In this document: one piece after another, positions 1-5,358 of the stretch
How the letters are laid out: the number at the start of each line of letters is the position of its first letter
Numbering within the stretch: the stretch's first letter is position 1
DNA from: a virus
IMG/VR virus record: IMGVR_UViG_3300023545_000203
Coordinates: 1 to 6,288 of that record
DNA: 6,288 nt
Strand: one strand, 5' to 3'
Translations under genes and position numbers: made by a program
The notes under the pieces: generated by a model
What the model saw: only the letters and a program-made list of their open reading frames with translations
Databases searched by the model: none
Told to the model about the DNA's origin: nothing

Positions 1-2
1 TA

Positions 3-317
3 AATGAGGGCTATGATGATCCTGATAACTTTGACCTAACACTTGAGTATTTTTTGGACGAGAAAGAAGTAAACGGTTTTAAAACAAATTATGTTGACAA
101 GCATAAATTGTTAAGTGTTCAGAATGTAGAAGAATTGGACAACCCATATAAATGGGCAGAGGGGATAGTGTTACGCACAGATGACCCATACACTGAATTA
201 GCCGAAATAGTCAAGTACGGCAGTAAGGAAGCATATGAGGCGTCATTGCCGGAGGCACAAGATGAATTTAATATTGATATGGATTACAGAATGTCTAAAA
301 TGGAATTGGGATTGTAA
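3..317 (+). CDS. C-terminal part of a phage late-module protein whose 5' end lies upstream of the window; XkdW-like by position only
   Basis: The frame is open from the window edge (codons from nt 3: NEGYDDPDNFDLTLEYF...), so the TTG at 54 in the ORF track is probably internal. Stop is TAA 315-317. It lies directly upstream of an XkdX-like gene and a holin. I recognise no nameable motif. Confidence 0.55.
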   Translation, partial: NEGYDDPDNFDLTLEYFLDEKEVNGFKTNYVDKHKLLSVQNVEELDNPYKWAEGIVLRTDDPYTELAEIVKYGSKEAYEASLPEAQDEFNIDMDYRMSKMELGL

Positions 318-332
318 AGAGGAGGAAATGAT

Positions 333-476
333 ATGACTTATGGTTATTGCAAAAAAATAATCGCAAGCGGTAAATACGATAAAAATGAAATGAAAGATAA
401 GTTGGATGTTTTTTTGTTGGCTAATCGTATTACCGATGAGCAATACAAGGAATTAATGCAAATGATGGAGGGTTAA
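333..476 (+). CDS. XkdX-like small phage protein (47 aa), not in the ORF track
   Basis: RBS GAGGAGG (319-325) lies 7 nt before ATG 333. Translation is MTYGYCKKIIASGKYDKNEMKDKLDVFLLANRITDEQYKELMQMMEG, stop TAA 474-476. Its size, its position just before the holin and the C-terminal ...ITxEQYKEL... pattern match my recollection of the XkdX family. Confidence 0.65.
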   Translation: MTYGYCKKIIASGKYDKNEMKDKLDVFLLANRITDEQYKELMQMMEG

Positions 477-479
477 TTT

Positions 480-950
480 ATGGATAAGATTTTTGTTAAG
501 ATTAATTTGTTATGGGCGACAGTGTTGACGTTTTTAACGTCTGCGTTTGGAGCATACTGGTACATATTTGCGGCTTTTATGGTGCTGAATGTGGTTGACT
601 TCTTCACCGGAGTTGAAAAGGCGAAATATTCCAACACAGAAAATAGCAATAAAGGTGCAAAAGGGGTTATAAAGAAATTAGGTTATTGGATTGTAATATT
701 TATAGCCTTTTTCATGTCATACACTTTCAAAGATATAGGCAATATTATTGGTATTGATTTAGGAATATCCGCATTTATAGGTTGGTTTGTATTGGCTACA
801 TTTATAATCAATGAAATACGTTCAATAATTGAAAATCTGATAGAAATAGGCGTAGATGTTCCGAAGTTTTTAACAAAAGGCTTGGAAGTGGCAAGTAAAA
901 AGCTTGATGATATGACAGATGAGGGGGATAAGAATGAGGACAATAAATGA
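480..950 (+). CDS. phage holin, Phage_holin_4_1-type (LL-H/TcdE-like)
   Basis: RBS GGAGGG (467-472) precedes ATG 480. The 156-aa product has four hydrophobic segments and a highly charged C-terminal tail (DDMTDEGDKNEDNK). The motif INEIRSIIENLIEIGVDVPKFL resembles the conserved NE..SI.EN...G...P segment of this holin family. Confidence 0.85.
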   Translation: MDKIFVKINLLWATVLTFLTSAFGAYWYIFAAFMVLNVVDFFTGVEKAKYSNTENSNKGAKGVIKKLGYWIVIFIAFFMSYTFKDIGNIIGIDLGISAFIGWFVLATFIINEIRSIIENLIEIGVDVPKFLTKGLEVASKKLDDMTDEGDKNEDNK

Positions 951-1038
951 TGGTTTCCCAATCAAACAGTTCAAGGGTATTGACATTGATACAGCTATGG
1001 CAACAAGATACATAAGGCGGGTAAAAAGTTATTTATAA
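934..1038 (+). pseudogene. 34-codon stub in the endolysin position; candidate 5' fragment of a disrupted endolysin gene
   Basis: RBS GAGGGGG (921-927) lies 6 nt before ATG 934, and the ORF overlaps the holin stop by 17 nt, a typical holin-lysin coupling. Translation is MRTINDGFPIKQFKGIDIDTAMATRYIRRVKSYL. The KGIDI segment recalls the N-terminal KGID[VI]S of GH25 muramidases. Stop TAA 1036-1038 lies inside the last codons of the convergent recombinase gene. Confidence 0.4.
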
Positions 1039-2507
1039 TAGATTTTCAAGAAGATATCGCCCTCGGGAGCGGATTTTTCACGTTTATATTCAATTTTTTT
1101 CACAAAATTTTTAAGAATGGAATTTTTTTCTGTTGCTGAAAGAGAGTTATAATTAGTGAGAAGTTCACGCAAAAGGGGGAGGCGTTCTTCGATGGAAGAT
1201 GTATCCACAAGTTTAAATTTTTCACGTTCCTGTGCTATCGTGGCATTAATTTTTTTTCTTCTATCCGAAATTGCGTTATTGCGTTCAATGAAAAGCTCTT
1301 TTGTATAGACTTCCTGTTCGAGCAAGTCATACAGACGGAGTTGTTGTTTATCAAGTTTTTTTAATTCTGTTTCCAAAGTGGCTATTGTATCAAGGCAGGA
1401 AAGTTTATCTTTATTATGCGATTGACGGATATTTTTCAAAGACAATTCAATATCTTTAAATTCCTTTGTAAGCACTTCAAATACTTTATCTTCTACAATA
1501 CTCAATGCAGATGCCTTATTACAACCAAGTGTACGACAGCAAAGACGGTATTTTTCAACAGTTTCGTTAGAAGTATTGATAACTATTGCCCGACCGCAAT
1601 TAGCACACTTTAAAAGCCCTGCAAACGGATTTTGCAACGTGCCTGTACGCATAGGCGGTTTATATTTCAGATTTATAATATCTTGTGCTTTATTGAACGT
1701 GTTCTCGTCAATTATCGGCTCGTGCAGTCCGGGAACATATAACCAATCATCTTTACTCGTTTTTTCTTGCGTATTTTTGCCTTTAACAGACTTTGATTTG
1801 TTCCACACTATTTTACCTATGTAAGTATGATTTCGGAGCATACGGGCGATTGTGGTGGGGTGGAGCGGTGTATTTTTCTTGCTCAAGACGCCCAAATTTG
1901 CAAGCTGACGGCTTATTGAAGTAATACCCATACTTTGATTTACATACATATCAAATATCATACGAACATATTTTGCCTCCGGTTCATATACTTCCAACGT
2001 GTGCTTTTTATTTATTATGGCGTTTCGATAACCAAACGGAGCACCCGACACAAAGCAACCGTCGTTGATTGATTTGATACGTCCTCTGTTCATTCGACGA
2101 GTGATGAATTTAAGCTCCTTGCGAGCCATAAACATTTCAAATTCGCTGTAATCTTCGTCATACTCGTTGTTGAGGTCATATATTTTTTTGAGCGTAATAA
2201 TTTTTACATCGTTTTCTTTAAGAACGTCAAAGATTTTTTCACTGTCAGCGGCACTTCCGCGCCCTAAACGGTCAAGGTCAATACATAATACCGCATCATA
2301 TATGTGTGAGGGGATAGCGTCAAGCAGTTTCAGCATTTCAGTTCTGTTGTATAACATTCCTCCGCTTATCACTTCTTCAAATATGTCAATGACCGTTAAA
2401 TTATTGTCCTTTGCATAAGAAAGAAGAATTTCTTTGTGACGTTCAAGTGTTTCAAGCGGATTGTTTTCGTCCGCTCTCGATTTTCGTAAATACATGGCTA
2501 CATTCAT
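1029..2507 (-). CDS. large serine recombinase (phage integrase type)
   Basis: The 492-aa product has an N-terminal resolvase-type catalytic domain with Ser in YLRKSRAD and the DLDRLGR motif. A central recombinase domain follows, then a Cys-rich zinc ribbon (CANCG...CCRTLGC) and a coiled-coil-like C-terminus. RBS AAAGGAAG precedes ATG 2507. Confidence 0.95.
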   Translation of the reverse strand: MNVAMYLRKSRADENNPLETLERHKEILLSYAKDNNLTVIDIFEEVISGGMLYNRTEMLKLLDAIPSHIYDAVLCIDLDRLGRGSAADSEKIFDVLKENDVKIITLKKIYDLNNEYDEDYSEFEMFMARKELKFITRRMNRGRIKSINDGCFVSGAPFGYRNAIINKKHTLEVYEPEAKYVRMIFDMYVNQSMGITSISRQLANLGVLSKKNTPLHPTTIARMLRNHTYIGKIVWNKSKSVKGKNTQEKTSKDDWLYVPGLHEPIIDENTFNKAQDIINLKYKPPMRTGTLQNPFAGLLKCANCGRAIVINTSNETVEKYRLCCRTLGCNKASALSIVEDKVFEVLTKEFKDIELSLKNIRQSHNKDKLSCLDTIATLETELKKLDKQQLRLYDLLEQEVYTKELFIERNNAISDRRKKINATIAQEREKFKLVDTSSIEERLPLLRELLTNYNSLSATEKNSILKNFVKKIEYKREKSAPEGDIFLKIYYK

Positions 2508-2543
2508 CGTAAATCTTCCTTTCTTGTGTTATATTTCAACTCA

Positions 2544-2563
2544 CACGCTCCGTGGGGAGCGTG
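2544..2563. promoter_or_regulatory. GC-rich perfect hairpin/palindrome in the 5' region of the recombinase gene
   Basis: CACGCTCC-GTGG-GGAGCGTG is an 8-bp perfect stem, unusually GC-rich for this DNA, 37 nt upstream of the recombinase start. No U-tract follows on either strand, so it is not a standard terminator. Confidence 0.4.
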
Positions 2564-2592
2564 ACATATGTGTATAAATGCACTTTATTCTT

Positions 2593-2630
2593 TTTCCCTC
2601 AACTGTTGGAGCAGGCAGGGAAATTTTTTT
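2593..2630 (+). terminator. intrinsic-terminator-like hairpin with a T7 tract, oriented for the + strand
   Basis: TTTCCCT (2593-2599) pairs with AGGGAAA (2617-2623), with inner CTG/CAG pairs, followed by TTTTTTT (2624-2630). On the minus strand, where all neighbouring genes lie, the hairpin is followed by A-rich sequence, so it looks unidirectional for + strand RNA. Confidence 0.35.
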
Positions 2631-2632
2631 AT

Positions 2633-2869
2633 TTAAGCTGCGGTATCAATATAATCAATAACTGTTACGGTTAAGGTGCTTGAAAAAGTTTTCACGCTAT
2701 CAAGAATTTTTTCAAGGGTTTCAACTGTTTCATTAGAAAAATATTCTTCTCCGCATTGTGTACATTTTTCGCAAGGTACATTTTTAATCACAACAACGAA
2801 ATTATCAATTTTTTCAATATATTCTGTTGTTGTCTGTTCTGCATTGCCTCGGCAAAAGAAACAAGTCAT
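2633..2869 (-). CDS. YgiT-type (MqsA N-terminal-like) zinc-finger protein; putative antitoxin
   Basis: The 78-aa product has CFFC near the N-terminus and CEKCTQCGEEY about 30 residues later, the CxxC...CxxCGE pattern of YgiT-type zinc fingers. Its ATG (2867-2869) lies 1 nt after the upstream gene's stop, implying translational coupling. There is no HTH domain. Confidence 0.75.
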   Translation of the reverse strand: MTCFFCRGNAEQTTTEYIEKIDNFVVVIKNVPCEKCTQCGEEYFSNETVETLEKILDSVKTFSSTLTVTVIDYIDTAA

Positions 2870-2870
2870 A

Positions 2871-3191
2871 TTATTTCACTCTCCTTGTTTTAAAATCATT
2901 TTCCCATTTATCCGGTTCGGGATAGTATGCGGTTACAGCATACAAATATTCTTCATCATAGCCTGTTACATTATGCAACGGCATTTGTTTAAGACTTTGA
3001 CCGCAAATTAAACAACTTGGAAGTCTTGCTGACTGTGGATAGTGTTCGATTATTTCGCCTGTGAAAATACTGTTTTTGTAATCATCTTTAGATATATTAC
3101 GTTCACGCAAACGCTTAAATGCGTGAAGTGACCATTTTATTTGGTCTGATTCACATCGTTTTCGCACTTCTTCAATATCTATTTCTTTCAT
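2871..3191 (-). CDS. DUF4258-like protein; putative toxin of a type II TA pair
   Basis: The 106-aa product has strong RBS AAGGAGGG 6 nt before ATG 3191. Motifs HAFKRLRERNIS, GEIIEHYP and PSCLICG match my recollection of the DUF4258 signature (HA..R..ER.I, G.iiE.YP, pscLi.G). The toxin-first order is as in mqsRA and higBA. Confidence 0.75.
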   Translation of the reverse strand: MKEIDIEEVRKRCESDQIKWSLHAFKRLRERNISKDDYKNSIFTGEIIEHYPQSARLPSCLICGQSLKQMPLHNVTGYDEEYLYAVTAYYPEPDKWENDFKTRRVK

Positions 3192-3218
3192 TTGTATCCC
3201 TCCTTTGAATATTCATTG

Positions 3219-3244
3219 CGATTTTGTCAACGTCAACAAAATCG
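3219..3244. repeat. inverted repeat CGATTTTGT-N8-ACAAAATCG just upstream of the TA operon; candidate operator
   Basis: The arms are 9 bp and perfect (3219-3227 and 3236-3244). The centre contains the tandem GTCAAC GTCAAC, which reads TTGACG/TTGACA (-35-like) on the minus strand. It lies 28-53 nt upstream of the DUF4258-like start. Confidence 0.5.
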
Positions 3245-3285
3245 TCAAAAATATAATTTTGAATTTGATTTATTAAAAATCGGTT

Positions 3286-3318
3286 ATTTTGATAAATTAA
3301 TTACGATTTTGATACATT
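3286..3318. repeat. 13-nt direct repeat ATTTTGATA[A/C]ATT, two copies 20 nt apart
   Basis: Copies at 3286-3298 and 3306-3318 match at 12/13 positions. Related ATTTTG cores occur at 3221 and 3256. The flanking AAAATCG (3277-3283) and CGATTTT (3304-3310) are inverted relative to each other. Confidence 0.45.
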
Positions 3319-3336
3319 TTATATATAAAAACCTCT

Positions 3337-3741
3337 TTAATAATCAGAATTTTTCAAGTAGTCCATATGTCTGCGATAACGTCTTGGGACGTTAATGGGC
3401 ACGTCATAACCGATTTGTTTAAGAAAATCGGTAATAGCGTCAACACCGTCATTAAAAAATTCCGTTATACGTTTTTCTTTATTAGCTATATTTTTATAAT
3501 TAGGTGGGCATACAAAGGTCCAATCGGCACCCTCGTTATCAAAAATAATTCTGAAATATTCATCTATATTGTATTTGTCAAGAGCCTTTGCCAATAATAA
3601 ATGGTGTTCACAACCCTCGTCAAGCAACGAAACAACAGCGTGTGAGCGGTCGTGTGCAATTACTGCCATTAACGGCTCACTGTCATGATTAATAAACTCT
3701 GTTTTGGTTTCATCACTGCCGTAATATTTAATGATGTCCAT
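3337..3741 (-). CDS. hypothetical protein (134 aa), probably co-transcribed with the repressor
   Basis: RBS AAGGAG lies 9 nt before ATG 3741, 29 nt downstream of the repressor stop with no terminator between them. Composition is protein-like and acidic. I recognise no family. A His/Cys cluster is present (AHDRSHAVVSLLDEGCEHH). Confidence 0.75.
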   Translation of the reverse strand: MDIIKYYGSDETKTEFINHDSEPLMAVIAHDRSHAVVSLLDEGCEHHLLLAKALDKYNIDEYFRIIFDNEGADWTFVCPPNYKNIANKEKRITEFFNDGVDAITDFLKQIGYDVPINVPRRYRRHMDYLKNSDY

Positions 3742-3770
3742 AATATCAATCTCCTTAAATTCAATCTTAT

Positions 3771-4451
3771 CTACAGTTTTCTTTTTATCGACCGAACCAA
3801 TCCAAAAACCCGAATACGCAAAACATTTTCATTTTCAAAACGTCTGACAGGGTACATCGGATTTATCGAATGTAATTCAATAAAATTAGGACCGTATACG
3901 ATTTTCTTAATAACGCCTTCTTCATCATCAATCAATACCACGGCATAACTGCCACTGTCTACCGATGACTGACATCTGACAAGTACAAGGTCACCTTCTT
4001 CAAACTTCGGATACATACTGTCGCCCTTAACTGTTAAATATCTGTACTCTTGTCCGTCTTTTACGTCATCGTAGTCTGTCGGTTCATATCCGATAATTTC
4101 ATTATCAGCAAGACAACCCGTTCCGGCTGCAACAGAACCAATAACAGGAATATTAACAAACTTTATATCATCTAACGGATATGTGTTTGATGGGGCAATT
4201 TGTTCAGCTTGCATTGGAACGTCATATCCCATAAGCCATGCTTCACTTACATTTAACGCTTTACCTAATATATATAGTTTATGTTGTCCAGGTTCTGATT
4301 TACCCGCCACATATTGACTTATATCGTTTCTGCCTAATCTCGTATTATTTTCTTTGCAATAAGGCTCTGCCAATCTTACTATATCAATCTGTTTTAAATT
4401 ACGTTCTTTCATTAATTGTTTTAATCTAAGAGCAGTATTTGAATTTTTCAA
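3771..4451 (-). CDS. CI/LexA-type phage repressor (XRE HTH + S24 peptidase)
   Basis: The N-terminal HTH is RLKQLMKERNLKQIDIVRLAE...ISQYVAG. The C-terminal S24 domain has catalytic Ser in KGDSMYP and Lys in GVIKKI, plus a LexA-like VAAG segment (GSVAAGTG) carrying the Ala-Gly autocleavage site. A TTG start at 4451 is supported by AGGAGG 8 nt upstream. Confidence 0.9.
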   Translation of the reverse strand: MKNSNTALRLKQLMKERNLKQIDIVRLAEPYCKENNTRLGRNDISQYVAGKSEPGQHKLYILGKALNVSEAWLMGYDVPMQAEQIAPSNTYPLDDIKFVNIPVIGSVAAGTGCLADNEIIGYEPTDYDDVKDGQEYRYLTVKGDSMYPKFEEGDLVLVRCQSSVDSGSYAVVLIDDEEGVIKKIVYGPNFIELHSINPMYPVRRFENENVLRIRVFGLVRSIKRKL

Positions 4452-4474
4452 TTTTATCGCCTCCTCACACGATT

Positions 4475-4503
4475 ATTGTAACAGTTCTTGAACAAAAAGT
4501 CAA
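4475..4503 (-). promoter_or_regulatory. repressor promoter: TTGACT-17-TACAAT with TGn extension
   Basis: Read on the minus strand, the -35 is TTGACT (4503-4498), the spacer is 17 nt and the -10 is TACAAT (4480-4475), preceded by TGT. An operator half-site TGAACAAAA (4489-4497) lies in the spacer. Confidence 0.65.
4476..4495. promoter_or_regulatory. operator-like site OA (imperfect): TTGTAAC-N6-TGAACAA
   Basis: The right arm is perfect and the left arm matches TTGTTCA at 4/7 positions. It overlaps the -10 and spacer of the repressor promoter. Confidence 0.4.
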
Positions 4504-4517
4504 TAAGCTTTATAAAA

Positions 4518-4538
4518 AAGTTCATTTTTTTTGAACAA
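4518..4538. promoter_or_regulatory. operator-like site OB: AAGTTCA-T7-TGAACAA
   Basis: GTTCA (4520-4524) and TGAAC (4532-4536) are perfect inverted arms with a 7-nt spacer. The site lies between the two promoters and ends 5 nt before the -35 of the Cro promoter. Confidence 0.5.
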
Positions 4539-4543
4539 AAGTG

Positions 4544-4572
4544 TTGACAAGTGGTGAAGAACATGGTATTAT
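4544..4572 (+). promoter_or_regulatory. early lytic (Cro) promoter: TTGACA-17-TATTAT with TGn extension
   Basis: The -35 is TTGACA (4544-4549), the spacer is 17 nt and the -10 is TATTAT (4567-4572), preceded by TGG. It is followed by operator OC and RBS AAAGGGGG (4606-4613). Confidence 0.7.
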
Positions 4573-4576
4573 ATAA

Positions 4577-4597
4577 TTGTTCAAAGATACTGAACAA
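4577..4597. promoter_or_regulatory. operator OC: TTGTTCA-N7-TGAACAA, perfect 7-bp arms
   Basis: It sits immediately downstream of the Cro promoter -10 and covers the expected transcription start. Confidence 0.6.
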
Positions 4598-4621
4598 AAA
4601 ATAGAAAGGGGGTAAATAAAT

Positions 4622-4861
4622 ATGTCATTTAAGTACGCAAAGTTGTCGGGAAGAATTAAAGAAAAGTTCAAGACGCAAGAAAGATTTGCGGAGGCGATGA
4701 ATATGTCACCACGCAGTATATCATTAAAATTAAACAACAAAAGAGAATGGAAACAAAACGAAATTGATAAAGCTTGTGAACTGTTGGAAATTCAAACTTC
4801 CGAAATTGGTGAATTTTTTTTTGCCAACATTGTTCAAAGCTCTGAACAAAAATCAGCATAA
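4622..4861 (+). CDS. Cro-like small HTH regulator, DUF739-type
   Basis: The 79-aa product begins MSFKYAKLSGRIKEKFKTQERFAEAMNMSPRSISLKLNNKREWKQNEIDKACELLEI...EFFF. This matches the recalled DUF739 pattern (Y.KL.G.I.EK..TQ..FA.A.G.S..S.S.KLN.K..F.Q.EI......L......YFF). Its position is divergent from the repressor. Confidence 0.85.
   Translation: MSFKYAKLSGRIKEKFKTQERFAEAMNMSPRSISLKLNNKREWKQNEIDKACELLEIQTSEIGEFFFANIVQSSEQKSA
4830..4849. promoter_or_regulatory. distal operator copy OD: TTGTTCA-N6-TGAACAA inside the 3' end of the Cro-like gene
   Basis: The arms are 7 bp and perfect. The flanks are also shared with OC (ATTGTTCAAAG...CTGAACAAAAA). It lies about 250 bp from OC. Confidence 0.5.
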
Positions 4862-4893
4862 AAAAACAAGCACACAGCAAAGACTATGTGCTT
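4860..4893 (-). terminator. rho-independent terminator for minus-strand transcription
   Basis: On the minus strand the sequence is AAGCACA-UAG UCUUUG CUG-UGUGCUU, then G and U7 (the + strand A-run 4860-4866). On the + strand the same hairpin is followed by GAAGAAAAAUAAAU, so it should not stop Cro transcription efficiently. Confidence 0.6.
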
Positions 4894-5186
4894 GAAGAAA
4901 AATAAATATAGAGTTTCACCGAATTTACGGAGTGCAAACTATACGTTACCGTATAGCAGGGCGAATGATTCACCGCCTTTGAATTATTAAGTGTTTTAGT
5001 TACGTTGATTAAAGAGTTGCATGAAGAAGTTGTGCAACCCAATATTCTTGCCTTATCAGCTTTTTGCTTGTCGTAATCAAAGCCTAAGCTTATTCTATAA
5101 TCATCAGCAAGCTTGCTTGCATTATGCTCTTTGGCGATTTTAGCGAGGCCTGCTGTTGCTGAAACAATATTCATGGAATTTTTCAT
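4884..5186 (-). CDS. uncertain 100-codon ORF inside the structured transcript
   Basis: For coding: the ORF is open for 100 codons, and the first ~55 codons are G-rich at position 1 with a helix-like sequence (SATAGLAKIAKEHNASKLADDYRISLGFDYDKQKADKARILG). Against coding: there is no Shine-Dalgarno sequence (nearest GGAG is 17 nt upstream) although every other gene here has a strong one. Also, the last ~30 codons read through hairpins and U-rich sequence, and the UAG lies inside the terminator stem-loop. Confidence 0.3.
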   Translation of the reverse strand: MKNSMNIVSATAGLAKIAKEHNASKLADDYRISLGFDYDKQKADKARILGCTTSSCNSLINVTKTLNNSKAVNHSPCYTVTYSLHSVNSVKLYIYFSSST

Positions 5187-5358
5187 AGCAGTCCAAGTTG
5201 TTACTCCGAAAAAAATCGTGGTTATGTCATTTCTGCATAACTCTCATAGTCGCCTATGAGTTCAGACTGTGCCTTCAACCTGTGGGAAAGGTTGCTCCGT
5301 GTCCAGTCGTTACACCTCCCCGTAGTGGGTTTGGCTCGGCGTTGTCTATATTTATTAC

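Larger units (their letters stand above)
4860..5352 (-). ncRNA. candidate structured RNA or long structured leader plus small ORF (about 490 nt, promoter to terminator), class unknown
   Basis: It is bounded by the promoter at 5359-5387 and the terminator at 4860-4893. Three hairpins have GNRA loops only when read on the minus strand: GUUAUG-CA-GAAA-UG-(A)-CAUAAC (5221-5241), CUCAUAG-GCGA-CUAUGAG (5243-5260) and CUAUACG-GUAA-CGUAUAG (4939-4956). The first about 165 nt have no RBS or ORF and are GC-enriched relative to their surroundings. Confidence 0.35.

Noticed and set aside
243-443. 66-aa minus-strand ORF from the track
   Set aside because: It is antisense to two well-supported + strand genes, has a low-complexity Ile/Phe/Ser-rich translation and has no RBS. 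It is a shadow ORF.
683-961. 92-aa minus-strand ORF inside the holin gene
   Set aside because: It is antisense to the holin, has no RBS and has a Ser/Ile-rich shadow-frame composition.
1416-2418. Three + strand ORFs (1416-1613, 1576-1824, 2167-2418)
   Set aside because: All lie antisense within the clearly recognisable serine recombinase gene. None has an RBS, and their compositions are typical of shadow frames.
2676-3011. 111-aa + strand ORF
   Set aside because: It is antisense across both TA genes, which have clear motifs and coupled starts. It has no RBS.
3192-3948. + strand ORFs 3192-3395, 3367-3597 and 3685-3948
   Set aside because: They overlap the AT-rich spacer or lie antisense to the 134-aa and repressor genes. 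They have non-ATG or RBS-less starts and low-complexity translations.
4484-4493. GTTC-TT-GAAC as a host LexA (Cheo) box
   Set aside because: The Firmicute SOS box is GAAC-N4-GTTC. Here the arm order is inverted and the spacing is wrong. The sequence is better explained as part of the phage operator OA.
4238-4880. ORFs 4238-4429 (+), 4522-4740 (-) and 4668-4880 (-)
   Set aside because: They are antisense to the repressor or to the Cro-like gene, or span the promoter/operator region. No RBS is present.
5101-5107. CUGAUGA (hammerhead core-like heptamer) on the minus strand
   Set aside because: There is no matching GAAA box or three-helix junction around it, so it is most likely chance.
5106-5120. 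Palindromes AGCAAGCTTGCT and GCAAGC-TT-GCTTGC (two HindIII sites nearby)
   Set aside because: They are real in the sequence, but too short and without a loop, so no function can be assigned. They may simply be part of the RNA fold or coding sequence, and are not reported as a separate feature.
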